Below are positions 1-13,307 of a stretch of 64,000 bases of DNA, in pieces. Both the position numbers and the translations under genes were made by a program. Position 1 is the first letter of the stretch; each line of letters begins with the position of its first letter. The notes beneath the pieces were generated by a model. It saw only the letters and a program-made list of their open reading frames with translations, did not search any database and was not told the DNA's origin. This DNA comes from the human T2T-CHM13v2.0 reference genome, Homo sapiens. The stretch lies in NCBI RefSeq assembly GCF_009914755.1, contig NC_060929.1, one strand, 5' to 3'.

Positions 1-390
1 GTGGGCAAGGTATCCAGGGTTTTTGCTTAGGTCCCGGGTTCTACTCTGGGTGTCTCCAAAGGCGATTTTCTTCAGTATCTAGATGGGGGCGCACAGAATT
101 TTTCAAAGGAGAAAAATACAGAAACAAGCTGCTAGGTAAAACAGGTACAGAGATACAGCTGTTTCACAGCCCTTAAAACATCTATCCTAAGAGTTTCAGG
201 ACCACTTCCATAAGACAAATAACAATAAAACAAGAAATGGAAACAACACAAAATTATACCGTCTCCCTACTTCTCATCGTGGAGCTAATCCAATAATGAC
301 CTGAAGGTAGAAGGCCCACTTCCTTTTTAAGGCTGGCGGGGGGAAGGGAGGGGCTCCTTTGCTTATACAAAAGAGCAGATTTCTGTTCCA
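1..390. other. GC-richer segment at window edge, possibly an LTR fragment (unassigned)
   Basis: More GC and CpG than the flank, with CCAAT and a G-rich tract near 280-355; no family recognised. Confidence 0.25.
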
Positions 391-899
391 CTGAATTTAA
401 CTATCTCTACAATCATTATCATATGCATTTTATTTCAAGAAACACTTACATATGTAGGTGATATGGCCTTTGTGATTTTTCAACAGTGAAATTCATGGTA
501 ATTTTTAGAATTACTTATTCAGTTTTTTAATGAGATTCTGGTACTAGGAATAATAATCACCTATGTTCAATCAACCATTTTGATTATGAATAACCACTGA
601 TTTTTAAGGGAAGTCAAAATCAGAAAAAAAAAACCGTTTACCATAATGATAAGGGAAATTACATTACTTCATAGAAATTGTCTGAACAAACCTTACCAGC
701 TTTTAATAAGTTTTTGTAATACAAAATTATTTTCAGTTTTACTGGACTGTTTTCTCAATTGCTAATGTTTTTTTTTAATAGGTAAAGTTTACTTTTCATT
801 ACTTAAGATTTGTAGTACTTGTTATTTTATGTACTTGTCTAAACAGGCAGAGAAATAATGATTCTTGGTTTAATTTGTATTTGTTTGGTGATATAAAGC

Positions 900-1275
900 C
901 AGAACTCTAGAAAATAAGAAAGCAAACGGCCCATGATGGCTTTTATCCTATAGATATGTTTTGGACGTAAATTTTTAAATTCTTTTCATATTTTAAAAGT
1001 TGAAGATTTTATTTCATATGTGAATTTCTAGCTTCTTTTAAAAATAAATTCAACTCATCTGGCAATAGTGGATAAAGTACAATTGTCATATGAGAAAGAT
1101 AGCTGGAGCTAACAAAAGGTTATTCTTCGAAAATGACATCTGTTTTCCAGTTTGCCTGAAACTTTAGGACTCTCAATTAAAGACAAAACTATATTTTCAC
1201 AGTAAAATGTAACTCATTTCTACCCATTGTATTGTATCTGACTTTATCAGGACTTTGAATTTAAAACATTTCCTT
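900..1275. mobile_element. Degraded hAT DNA-transposon MITE (MER102-like)
   Basis: Motifs catctggcaatagtgg, gctggagct and tccagtttgcc resemble the recalled MER102 consensus. Confidence 0.45.
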
Positions 1276-2271
1276 AGTAAAGCAAGATGAAGGAAATTAT
1301 TGTACTGCTACCAATACATTCTCCTGTATTGTTTATATAGAAGAATATATCTATTTATGCATGTGTGTGTACATATATATAAGAATACATCTTTGCATTT
1401 CTTCTTCATGAGGAAAGGGCAAAAATAAGACAAGACCGATAAGCAGAAGAAATGCTTTGCTTTTAGTGTAATAGTGTTAATTCACATTATATTCAAATAT
1501 TGCTATATAGAACAGCAATAAAATTAGCAAAGTGACATTGTTCTCTGCATGCTTTCTTTAAGTATTACTGAAAATTACTTTTCTTGTGGAATTGACTGTC
1601 AATTAGTAACCACCAGACGGTAGCCATCTTCTTAGTTTTCAATTTTTAGTGGAAATAATTCTCATATAGTGCTGCTCCTTTAACAAGCACCTTTACCATG
1701 CGAGACGCCTATAAAAGTAATTAAATTTGATAGTCTCATTGCTTTTAAGCAAAGCCATATGGTGTACTTAGATTGCAAATTCTAATTGAAGTCAATGAGA
1801 TTTTATGTAGAAAATACTTTTGAAAATGTAGCTGTGTAATCAAATATATATACAATGCACCACTTTTATCTTGACAGAAGTATCACCCAATACCTTTTCT
1901 CATTGTCTTTTTCATGCATACTCTAGAGCATTATAGCCAAACTATGTCTTGTCATGAAAAATAACTTTAAAATTAATGATAATAGTTGCTTGTGTATGTC
2001 CAATAGATCTTTTTTATTACCCCTCTAAATTTTAATATTGCAATAATCCCTGGAACTGTGTCTTGTATTGCAAGAGCAGTATGTAACTGAGACATGACCC
2101 AATTCATTCACATTTTTTGTTCTATTATGCACTATGAAATGAAAGTTCCATTAAAAAAAGCTGTACATGTAGTGTGAAAAAAGCAAACAAAGAAACAGCC
2201 ATAGCCATAGCCTTACTAGCTTTTCTTATTTCAAATCAACGTTCAGAGAGTTTTGTGTCCCCAGTGTAGGT

Positions 2272-2272
2272 T

Positions 2273-2305
<33 letters not shown>

Positions 2306-2338
2306 AGAAAGAGACAGAGAAACATGGAGAGAGAGAGA
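2272..2338 (+). repeat. (GA)n microsatellite, imperfect
   Basis: Directly visible gagagaga tract. Confidence 0.97.
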
Positions 2339-2805
2339 ATGACTCACTAAGAAATATAAATTAATGGAACTACAGAAGAAAGAAGATAATGTGTCTTGTC
2401 AACCTCTGGGCTGTGGTCATGTTCTTTTATTGGATTTAGAATACATTGGATTTGGGTGATTTTTTTACCTACTCTGGCAAAAGGTGAATGTTATAAAGCT
2501 AGACAAAATTTCAAGGCAGAGGAAGTGATGAAAATATGAGAAAGGTATTATCTATTCAAACCTTTTTGTGGGTTGAGATTCTGTTTTTAAAAACAGTTAA
2601 GCACTCCTCACAGGGTTACTGAGTTCTATACTATTTGAAAAGCCTTATAATTAATGATAAGCTCTCAAAGATGACAGAAGTTACTACAGTGACCCAGAAG
2701 GATTAAGTTTCCTCAATTCTAATTGTCAGATGTCCTAAGGACAGCTATGTGTGCGGAATGCCTGCGCTAAAAAGAATTTTAAGTATATTCATCTTCCATT
2801 TCAGG

Positions 2806-3540
2806 TAAAATGTATGCCAGTACAGCCATTATGGAAAACAGTATGAAAGTCATCCAAAAAATTAGAAATAGGACTACCATACAATCTAGCAATCTCACTT
2901 CTGAGTATATATTCAAAGAAAATACAGTCAGTATTTCAAAGAGACATCTTGACTCCTATGTTCATTGCAGCATTATTCAAAATAGTAAAGACATATAAAG
3001 ATATGAAAACAATCTAAGTGTTCATCAACAGTATGACAGTATACGTACAATAGAATACTACTCAGACTTTAAAAAGAAGAAAATTCTGTCATTTGTGACA
3101 ACATAGATAAAATCTGGAGGATATTGTGCTAAGTGAAATAAGCTAGGCACATAAAGACAAATACTGCATGATCTCACTTATATAGAGAATCTAAAAAACT
3201 CAAACTCATTGAAGTAGAGAGTAGAATGATTGTTAGCAGGGCCTTCAGGGGGTGGGACAAATTGAGGGGATATTTGTCAAAATGTACAAAGTTTCAGTTG
3301 GACAAGAGGAATAAGTTTTAGAGATCTATTATACAGCATAGTGAGTATAGTTAATAACAATGTATGGTGTATTTAAACATTGCTAATAGATTAAAATTTA
3401 AATGTTTTCATCACCAAAAAATGATGTTTGTGAGGTGATTGATTAATTAGCTTTATCTCCACAATGTGTACATATATGAAAACATTGCATTTCACCCCAC
3501 AAGTATATTGGCATACAAAATTGTGTCAATTAAAAAAATG
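2806..3540 (+). mobile_element. 5'-truncated L1MA-type LINE-1, ORF2 end plus 3' UTR
   Basis: gtacagccattatggaaaacagtatg, tgtcatttgtgacaaca, gagatctattatacagcatagtgagtatagttaataacaatgta, ending in an A-rich tail; ORF 2810-2998 resembles the ORF2p C-terminus. Confidence 0.9.
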
Positions 3541-4135
3541 CAGATATCCAACTGAACATATTTTAAAAAATAAGTTACTGTGCTCCAAAAACTAAAAGTT
3601 AAGACCAAATTTCCTATGATAAAAATTTGGATTTATTTCACATACAAATAATACAATTGCATTGAGGGGGAGTATTCAAAGTTTAAAAACTTTGCATCCT
3701 ACTAATAATAAAACTGACTTCCCAGTCACATTTGACAGTAGCATTAATGTATATGAAGATATGATGTTATACCTATACACAAAACCAAATTGGTTATAGT
3801 GAAATGCATTATTTAATATCTTTTATATGGTGTTATATGTAAATACTATCAGTATTGCAAAAAAGCTTTAAGAATGAAAATAACAATTGGCTACATAATA
3901 TCCCAAGTTCATTGATTATTGAATTTCTCTGTTTAATCTGTTTGTTCTTTAATGTTTATTTTAAAATAAAACTTTAATTTTATAATACTTTTAAATTCAC
4001 AGAAAATTTGCAAAATTAATACAAAGAGGTTCCATATAACTACCCCAATTTTATTCTATTAATAACATATATTAGTATGGTATGTTTGTCATAATTAATG
4101 AAAAAATGTTGATACATTATTATTAACTAAAGATC

Positions 4136-4514
4136 TGTATTAGTCCATTCTTGCACTGCTATAAAGAAATTCCTGAGGCTGGGTGATTTATAAATAAAAG
4201 AGGTTTAATTGGCTCAAGGTTCTGTAGGATGTATAGGAAGCATGGTTGGGGAGGCCTCAAGAAGCTTACAATTATGGCTGAAGGCAAAGGGGATGCAGGC
4301 ACATCTTATCTTACATGGCAGAAGCAGGAGGAGGAGAGTGAAGCAGGAGGTGCCACTCACTTTTAAACAACCAGATCTTCTGAGAACTTATTCAGTATCT
4401 GGAGAACAGTAAGGGGGAAATCCACCCCAAAGATCCAATCACCTTCCTCTTCCAACATTGGGGATTACCATTAGACATGAGATGTGTGTGAAGACATAAA
4501 TCCAAACCATATCA
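4136..4514 (-). mobile_element. MSTA/MSTB MaLR solo LTR
   Basis: Termini tgtattagtccattcttgcactgctataaagaaa and ccaaaccatatca. Confidence 0.92.
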
Positions 4515-5237
4515 AGGTGATTCCTAATATATTCAGTTTTCCTTAGTTTTTACCTAATATACTTCTTTTTTGCCCTGATGGTATCATACAGGAAACAATA
4601 TTATACTTAGTTATCTTGTTTCCTCAGGATTCTTGTGGCTGTGGTAGTTTCTCAGGTGTTCCTAGTTTTAATGATCTTGAAAGCTATGAGGAATATTTGT
4701 CAGGTATTTTATACAACGCCTCTTAATTGGGATATGCCCTTATGTCTTTCTCATTATTACAAAAGAGTTATGTGTTTTTGAGAGAAAAATCCCAGAAATA
4801 AAATATCATTTTTATTATCTTATATCAAGGATATATGCCATCAACATGATTTATCACTGTTGTTAATCTTGATCATCTGACTGAGGTGGTATTTGCTGGG
4901 TCCCTTGACTGTACATATCTTCTTTGTCTTCTTTCCATACTGTACTCTTTGCAAGAAAATTATTATGTACTAACCATGCTTAAGAAATGGAGAGTTGTCC
5001 TCTACCTCCTTGAAAACAGCGTATCTATATAAATTATTTGTAATATTTTTCAAAGGATATTGTCTATGCTCTTACATTTATTCACTTATTTATTTGTGTC
5101 AGTATGGACACGTGAATATTTTATTCTTTGGGTCATAATCTAATGCTAATTTATTTATTTTGCTGCTCAAATTTTTCCAGCTTTAGCCTTAGAAAACTCA
5201 TTCAACTGGGTCCTTTTTCTCTTTCACATAACCCCAT

Positions 5238-5256
5238 TGTGTGTGTGTGTGTGTGC
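5238..5256 (+). repeat. (TG)n microsatellite
   Basis: Directly visible. Confidence 0.9.
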
Positions 5257-5745
5257 GTATGTTTATGTTTCAAACACTTTCTTACTTTCTATAACTGTAT
5301 GATGCTTCAGGCTCATCTTAAATAGTCACTGTCTGAATGCTAAAAGCTGCCGTTTCTTCAGCTTTACTGGTTTCCTCTAATACTGAAGAATAGTATTAGA
5401 ATCAAGATCTGGTGCTAGATGTCCTCATTGCTACTAGGATGTCTCTGGTTATATGCTCACTCAACTGGCAGAAAAGGGTATATATATGTTTATAGTAACC
5501 CTTGTATGGACACATAACTATATATCTATATGGGTATTTATACATATCTATAGATATTTGTATGTGTAACATCTGTATCTATATTATGCCAAATGTGAGT
5601 TTGCATTAACACCTTCAACTCGATTTCATGACCAAATATGTTATTTTAGCTTTATGCCCTTGTTTTCTGTAACCTCTCCCTCCAAAAATGAGAAATCAGA
5701 CTCCCATAACTTGACAGCTGTTTACTTAATTGTTTAATTCTAGTA

Positions 5746-5848
5746 TTAGGTTGGTGCAAAAGTAATCGTGGTTTTTGCCACGAGAGTGTAATGTTTTTGC
5801 CATTAGAGTGTAATGGCAAAAACCGCAATTACTTTTGCACCAACCTAA
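5746..5848. mobile_element. MADE1 (Hsmar1-derived MITE) with an internal 22-bp duplication
   Basis: Inverted termini ttaggttggtgcaaaagtaat and attacttttgcaccaacctaa, TA duplications at 5744-45 and 5849-50. Confidence 0.97.
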
Positions 5849-6050
5849 TATAAACATGTATAGTGGTTTCATAATTGTTAATCCACACCCCTAAATATGT
5901 GTATTTTAAAAATTATACTGCATCAAAATATTTGTTTAGTCTTTGAAATGCTTGGAAAACCAGGTAATGGTAAACTAGCATATACATATTAAACATGTTT
6001 GATATAATTATTTATGTTAGATTGTATATAAGATGGAGCTGTCTTACGTC

Positions 6051-6445
6051 TGTTAGGCCATCTCTATGCTTATTTAAAGTTTCAAATTCCCCTCATAACA
6101 CCCAGAGCCAGTTATTTTACATTATTTATGTATGTGGTGGCTTCTGTCTGTTTTAAAGGGTTATACAACCTGGCTTGGCTTTGTAACAAGTGAGATATAA
6201 AAAGGCACTGCTGAGCGTTTTGCTTAAGCTCTTGTGAAACTAAGATTTCTTGCATATATCTTGCTGGTTATAATCTGGATAAGTGCATCCTGGGGAGCTG
6301 TGCTTGGGAGTCTCTTAGTCTCAACTGCTTATCTGAGCTTTTTTATACTTCCCATATCCTTTGCCTTTATGAAAGCTCTATATAATATGCTTTATGTGAG
6401 TACGCTCTGTTGAGTCTTGTTATTCAATCATAGGACCCTGTGACA
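6051..6445 (+). mobile_element. Possible old ERVL/ERV1 solo LTR (family unassigned)
   Basis: Begins tgttag and ends tgtgaca, with an internal tataaaa and a U5-like tail tgtgagtacgctctgttgagtcttgt. Confidence 0.4.
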
Positions 6446-7876
6446 AAAATGCATTGGAATACCTAAGGAAGGATTTGTTACAATAAATTTAGTCTCATGC
6501 AGAACTCAGACATTCGCATAACTGGGACCCAGGAGAAAATCGAACTAAGAGTGTGATGACCGTAATAAATTCCTACTTTTCTCTATTCTTTCTTTGTAAT
6601 TATGCATGTCATTTATCATATTTCTTTAAATTTTGTCATTTTCTGACTCTTTAAACACCTTGGTAAGAAAAAAAAAACAAACTATCTTAACTTGTTCATA
6701 AATTTCCCTGGGACAAACTCTTATTCATGTCCATTAACTCTTCCTAAACACACATCACTTCTCAACAAAACACTGTTTATACTGCACCAAAATATTTTTT
6801 ATAACACTGTGTCCAAGTGTGAAAGGAATAGGAAATGAAATTGTCATTGGCCTAACTGGGATCAAGTGATCATAAATAAGCAACTCTGTCCAACATCAGA
6901 ATGAAATTTCTTTCACTGGAACATCGGCAACAGATTAAATGTAAAGGAATGGGGGAAATTAAATAAACCCAAGTATTTATGCTATATTGTTTTAATGACA
7001 TGAGTAATACAAATTTTCTTATGCTTTTCACTTATAATTCATATTTTTTTAGTTTTTCATATGTTCTAAGCCTATCTTGAATTTCTTTTCATTGGAACAT
7101 TTTCTCAGTTAAAATATAAAGTTACATGAAACTAGTGGCTGTAATATTAACTAAATATGTGGTCCTAAAATATGTTTGCATATTGTAGAAATTTATTTCC
7201 AAAATTTCTCATTTGTTTGTTGTGAAACAAAACTTTTTAGTATTTTTTTCACTGTATTTAAATTTAGGAAGTCACTTCAATTTCACTTTGGTCTACCTTT
7301 ACTTCATTTTATTTTATATTTGATTACTTTTAAATTTTAAAATTCTTAAGATGCAAATTTCAGAGTTAGTTAATGTCTATGTTTCTTTTACATCATGTTA
7401 TCAAATGGTAATATTTCTCTATTTTTTCTTCTGTACAAATTCATAGGTGATATTTCTATCTATATCTTAATTATACTATAATAGTAAATTGAGTATTAAT
7501 TTTTAATCTAAATATTGAAATGTCACATTCTGTTGTTTGTGTTTTTATATTGTTTTGTTTTGTTTTTCTTTCTTTCTTTTCTAAACACTATACATGTGTT
7601 CCTAAAATGTCTGCATTATAGTTTTTCTTTATTAGGGTCATACTCATGATAGAGTTGGGACAGAACATTTCTCTCCTGTTCATTGTTTTTATTACAACAA
7701 ACCTAATAAAAACTGTCCACTAGTCTTAAATATCTTAGCTTCTTAATAAATAGAGTAATGCTATAGTAGAAAAAAATACCAAACATAGATGAAAGACCTT
7801 AAGTTCTTCTGATTGAGGTGTGTATGGTTAAGATATGTGTTTCTTAAATTATGAAGAAGAGGTGGAAAAAAGAAGG

Positions 7877-8252
7877 GATAGACTTAATATTTGTGTCTTT
7901 CCCAAAATTTACAAGTTAAGTTTTAATACTCAATATAATGGTATTTGGAAGTGCGTGGGGAGGTCTTTGGGAGGTAATTAGGTTTGCGTGTGGTCTTGAA
8001 GATGGAGTCTTCAGGATGGGATCAGTGCCCTTATAAAGAGAAATCAAAACTCTCTCACTCTCACTGTCTCTCTTTTCCCCCCTCTCATGTAAGAACACAC
8101 CAAAAAAGATAATCTGCAAGCCAGGAAGAGGATCTTAACCAAGAACTCAACCATGCTGGCAGCCTTATCTCAGACTTCTAGCCCCTAGAACTGTGAAAAG
8201 TAACATTTCAGTCTATGGCATTTTGCTATAGAAGCTTAAGCTGACTATGACA
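7877..8252 (+). mobile_element. MLT1A-type MaLR solo LTR
   Basis: gggatcagtgcccttataaa, ctcagacttctagcccctagaactgtga, ending ctgactatgaca. Confidence 0.85.
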
Positions 8253-10384
8253 GAAGGACATCATCATGCTTCAGATGGAATTTTGTAACATCAAGGGCAG
8301 AATGGTGACTGTTATTAGTTTTTCTATTCCTTCTTTGGACTGATTTAAAACACAAATCCAGTGCTCATTGTTGCTGCTTTCTCTTTTCACACATACTATG
8401 AAGTGGTGTTGTGCAGTGCTGGCATTGTCATTAGCTTCAATTCACTGTAATTGTTTTTCAGTCCCATTTAAAGCAGGCAATAACTGTAATAACTTGATGT
8501 ATGAAGCTCTCCTTTCTGACACCCTTACCAACTATGTGTTATTTCCCATGTGTTGTGTGGATTCCTGTAAAACTATTGCTCTAGCTGTTCATTTTTTTTT
8601 TCAAATGTTTTATTAACTTCTCTCCTGAACTTATGGCCTCTCTTTTTCAGTCACTAGTTGGGTTCTTATGTCCTGGAGTTGCTCTTATATTTGAGATGCT
8701 TCATCATATTGCATACATGTGAGAAAAAATCAGAATGGTGTCTTCTAGGGCAATGCAAATAATTAAATAGGAGTACAGAAAAAGACAAGGAGTTTGTATT
8801 CTGTGTTTTTCTTTATGAGTCACTGCATTTAGTTGGATGGAAGGTTTCATGTTGAACTCGTGTTCCTTGGTAGCCCCAAGCATAGTCAACCAATAAAAAA
8901 ATCACATATAATCTTATTGTTCATTTCATTATTTACTGCTTACAAAAACATTTATTCATTACAGAAAGGGTGCTTTTAAGGTAAGAAGGATGGTGTTATT
9001 TTGTTGCATGGAAAATGTGTTTATCAAAACTGTCTATATGTCCAGTCAATCATGCATCTTATTTTAACCCCAGAAAAATAAATAAATGAGTAAAATTTCA
9101 ATTCAATAATGCTTTCATAGGATAGTTTTTTAATTTAAAAATGTTTTATGTGATTTATGAGTATTCATTACAGTAAAATTATATGTTCCTTAACAATAAT
9201 CATAGCTATTTGACTGTATATTTTTTACATTATAACAATAAGTGCATCTAATGTAGGTACCGTATGCTTTATATGCTATCACACAACCCTGTAGGGCACT
9301 CTAGAGTAAGGAGCAATGAATGATCTATCTATGAAAGTTCACCTTAATTTAATGTATTTGTAGAGATAATTAGAATACTGGATCTGTTCATTAACATTTC
9401 AAATCTCATTTAAATGTAAATTGTAATATTCTCTTTTTCTGCAACACTAGGTAGTTAGTGTCTTTCATGAGTAATAAGTAATTTGTTCCCCATTAGGTAC
9501 AAGAATGGATAAAGAGATAAATCAAAATCTGATGAGAGTCACAGTTAGAATTGTAACCTACTTGGTAGAGAGAGTTAAAAAAACACTATTTTCACTATTT
9601 TTCATTATTAAAAATAAAACAAATTCGTATTTCAACAGCTTTACTATTAATTAGTTTCCTTTTTGGTAGCTGTAATGAATACATGTTAACTGAAAATATC
9701 TTTGTTAGATTATATGAAAAATTAGATTTAATTTTACAGTATCCTTTTCATGGTAACTCAGATCTTAAAAACCTGAAATACAACTTATTGCTTATTAAAC
9801 AGGTTGAAAGTAGGAAATCATTAAAAATTTAAGTAGTATAAACCACATACAAAATGTCCTCCTAATATCATTCCACTGTAGAAATAGATTTTTAGAATTC
9901 ATTTACATAAGAAACTTGTTTATTTTCAATAAAATGACCTCTATGTTCATCAGCCTTGCCTTACCCATACCTACCCCTTTGTTTTTATCGAGTAACCTTT
10001 TTACAAAGTTTAACAACAATGGTAGTACTAACAGTAACTACAATGGTAGTTATCTTTTTACAATGCTCTTTTAAAAATAGTGTTTTCTTAATCAATTAAA
10101 AGTGTTTCTGATAAAAACTTATACAAAATTTATAAAAAGTTTTAATAAATTTAAAGTTAAATTAAAATTAAATTTCTATAATTAAAAATTATAATTTTTT
10201 TCTATGTGTATATATATCTATGTTAAAATGTGTGTGAACAAATCTATAAGTTGAATATGGTGTGAGACTCATCATGAAAATTTAGTATATTGTTAATATT
10301 TTATATGTTATACAAATTTGTCACTGTCTTTGATATCTAATTAATAATCAATAATTTTTGTCTCACCTACAACATTTTAGAGAA

Positions 10385-10590
10385 GGCAGCACAGTGCCAT
10401 ACTCAGGACTTAGAGTAGGATCAAATTTTAGCTTAGTGACTTTGTTCATGTGACTTATCCTGTCTATACTTTCGTTATTTCATCAGGAAAGGAGTAACAT
10501 GGATCTACATACTTTACAGAGTTGTTGCAATGATAAATTTAGTGTAGTAAATTACTTTGAACATGTTAAGTGTGCAATAAATATTATTTT
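10385..10590 (+). mobile_element. MIR SINE
   Basis: Core-like gtgacttatcctgtctatactttcgttatttcatc, cagagttgttgcaatgataaa and aagtgtgcaataaat. Confidence 0.65.
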
Positions 10591-10739
10591 ATAATGTTTC
10601 AATAACTCATTATTATTTAAAATACATAAACTCATGTATGAGTAAATATCTTATCTAGTTTGCTTTTATGGGTAGATAATCATCATATTAACTTTCAGAA
10701 TTATTTTTTAGCTAGCAGTCTAGATCTTAGCATGGTTTA

Positions 10740-11100
10740 TGCTATAGTATGAATAAATGTGTCTCCTCAAAATTCATGTTTTGAACTTCTAACCCCCAAT
10801 GTGATGGTATTAGAATGTGAATTCTTTAATTGATAATTAGGCCGTGTGGGTGAAGGCATCATAAATGGGATTAGTGTCCTTATAAAAGAGGCCCAAGATA
10901 GCTTTCTTGCCCCTTCTACCATGTGACGTTACAATTAGAAGACAGCCATCTATAAGGAAGTGGGCCCTCACCAGACGCTGAATCTGCTGGCACCCTAATC
11001 CTGGACTTCCACACTCCAGAATAGTGAGAAATAGATTTCTGTTGTTTATAAGCCACCTAGTCCATGATATTTTATTATATAGTCTGAAAATACTGATAAA
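10740..11100 (+). mobile_element. MLT1A0 MaLR solo LTR
   Basis: tgctatagtatgaat, ctaacccccaatgtgatggtattag, gggccctcaccagac, tttctgttgtttataagccacc. Confidence 0.92.
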
Positions 11101-12152
11101 GGCTGATTACCAACTTAATATCATATTTCTGCTATCCTTCTTGCCAGTCTTTACTTGCCTTTCAAAAATAGGAGTTCCTCTTGATCAGTACTGTTTGCAG
11201 TTACTATCTGTGTCAGGCTAGGGCTGAAATAAAGAGAGACAACAATACACATTATGGGAAAATAATCACATTATCCCCTTATCCAAAGCTATACTTTTAG
11301 CATGGTGGCCAAACTGGCTGAATCAAATGGCAATCCTAATGGTATTTTAGCTACATCCTCTTGTGAAGATGAAGTATTATCTGACAAAGCCATTCGTTTA
11401 AAATACATGACTATCACTTTATTGTTTCTTCCATTTCTTATGTTTTATGATTTATATTTGATGGGCTTCAATTATGCCAAAACTTTTATGGAAAACCTGT
11501 ATTACTTACTTATAAAGTGCTCTGAAAAAAAAATTGAACTCTTACAAACAAGACCTATATGAATAAACATAACTATAAACTTTATGATTTTATCAGTATA
11601 AAATACTATATTTTAATTATGCATTTTTATATTTTCCCATTTCATGTAGCAGCATGATAGCCTCATAAAAGACCATAAAATATATATTGATCATTTTGAA
11701 ATAAACTGTTATTTCTCCTAATTCCTTCTCCTACTCCAGAGCCATTTTCAAAGGAGCAATTTTTTTAAACATTTCATAACAATTACATTTAACTTTGTCT
11801 TTATTCCATGTTCAGAATACTATGAGAGAGACTTGACATTGTGATCGTGGATCCAGCTTTTTGCAATATTGATCTGCAAAATATGTAAATTAAACTAAAG
11901 ATAGAGCATTCAGATTGTACTTAGCTCTCAGAATTAAGTACTCTAAGCCTCCTATACTTAACTGTTAGCATTAAATACTCTGAGCCTCCTGATTGAAGAT
12001 GTGAAGCAGCTGAAGAAAGAGTGCACAGGACCTAGATAACAAGCACAGTGAAAAGATGTGTGGTAAATCAGTGATATAGCTTATATAAGTTGAAATTGTT
12101 TCTGTCTTCTTTAGTTCATCTTTTGCAGTCAAATGTTCATCATGTTGACGAG

Positions 12153-12306
12153 GGGTCAAGAAGCTATACTTAAAATGTTATAACACCTCCCTTATCTACT
12201 GTGTATACTTTCAGGCTAGATGTCTTTTGGGTCAAGAAGCCGTACTTGAAATGTTATAACAACTTCCTTATCTGCTGTTTATACTTTCAGGTTAGATGTC
12301 TTTTGG
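12153..12306 (+). repeat. Tandem duplication, 76-bp unit x2
   Basis: gggtcaagaagc...tagatgtctttt starts at both 12153 and 12229. Confidence 0.95.
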
Positions 12307-12453
12307 ATACTTCTGTGAATTCTGAACATGGGATCAACTGATATCATCAGGGATCGTGTAGCGAAATTGATGACAGTGAGAATATTGAGGCAAAGACTCC
12401 CCCATCCTACAGGTACTTTTTTAAAAGGTATTTTGGATTAAAAGTATGATAAG

Positions 12454-13307
12454 GGCCAGGCACATTGTGCACACCTAAAATCCTAGTACTTTAGGAGGCC
12501 AAGGCAGGAGGATCACTTGAGACCAGGAGTTCAAGAGCAGCCTGGGCAACATAGCAAGACCCCAATGCCAGAAAAAGCAAAAATAATTAGCCATGTATGG
12601 TAGCACACGCCTGTAGCCCTGGCGTCCTAGCTACCTGGAAGGCTGAGGCAAGAGAAAAGCTTGAGTCCAGGAGTTCAAGGCTACAGTAAGCTATGATCAT
12701 GCCACTTGTAATAGTCAGTATTCTCCAGAGGAACAGCACTAATAGGATAGATGTATATATGGGAGTTTATTAAAAGTATTGACTCACATGATCAGAAAGT
12801 GAAGTCCCACAGTAGGCCCTCTGCAAGCTGAGGAGCAAGGAAATCAGTATGAGTCCCAAGACCTCAAAAGTAGGGAAGCCAATAGTGCAGCTTTCAGTCT
12901 GTGGCTGAAGGCCTGACAGCCCCTGGAAAACCACTGGTGTAGGTTCAAGAGTCCAAAAGCTAAAGAATTTGGAGTCCAATGTTCAAGGGCAGGAAGCATC
13001 CAGCATGTGAGAAAGATGAAGGCTGGAAAACTCAGCCAGCCCAGTCCTTCCACGTTCTTCTGCCTGCTTTTATTCTAGCCACACTGGCAGCTAATTACTT
13101 TGTGCCCACCCTGATTCAGGGTCTGTCTGCCTCTCCCAGTCCACTGACGCAAATGTTAATCTCCTTTGGCAACACCCTCACAGACACACCCAGGAACAAT
13201 ACTTTGCACCCTTCAATCCAATCAAGTTAACACTTAATATTAACCATCACACCACTACACTCAACCTGGGTGTCAGAGCAAGACCCAGTCTCTTAAAAAA
13301 ATAAAAA
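12454..13307 (+). mobile_element. AluJ (Jo-like), split into 12454-12706 and 13257-13307 by an MLT2A LTR
   Basis: J-type gcaggaggatcacttgag, gcaacatagcaagacccc and ggagttcaaggctacagt; the right arm resumes after the LTR and ends in an A tail. Confidence 0.95.
12707..13251 (-). mobile_element. MLT2A (HERV-L) solo LTR, MLT2A2-like
   Basis: Termini tgtaatagtcag...ttctccagag and taaccatcaca; perfect 5-bp TSD CCACT at 12702-06 and 13252-56. Confidence 0.95.

Larger units (their letters stand above)
3960..5900 (-). mobile_element. Old L1MC/L1MD 3' UTR, interrupted by an MST LTR and MADE1
   Basis: aaattcacagaaaatttgcaaa...ttgatacattattattaactaaag and its continuation after 4514 resemble the L1MC/MD 3' end antisense. 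Confidence 0.75.

Noticed and set aside
10125-10205. Extremely AT-rich stretch as an origin or matrix-attachment element
   Set aside because: Low complexity only; it cannot be distinguished from background in an AT-rich region
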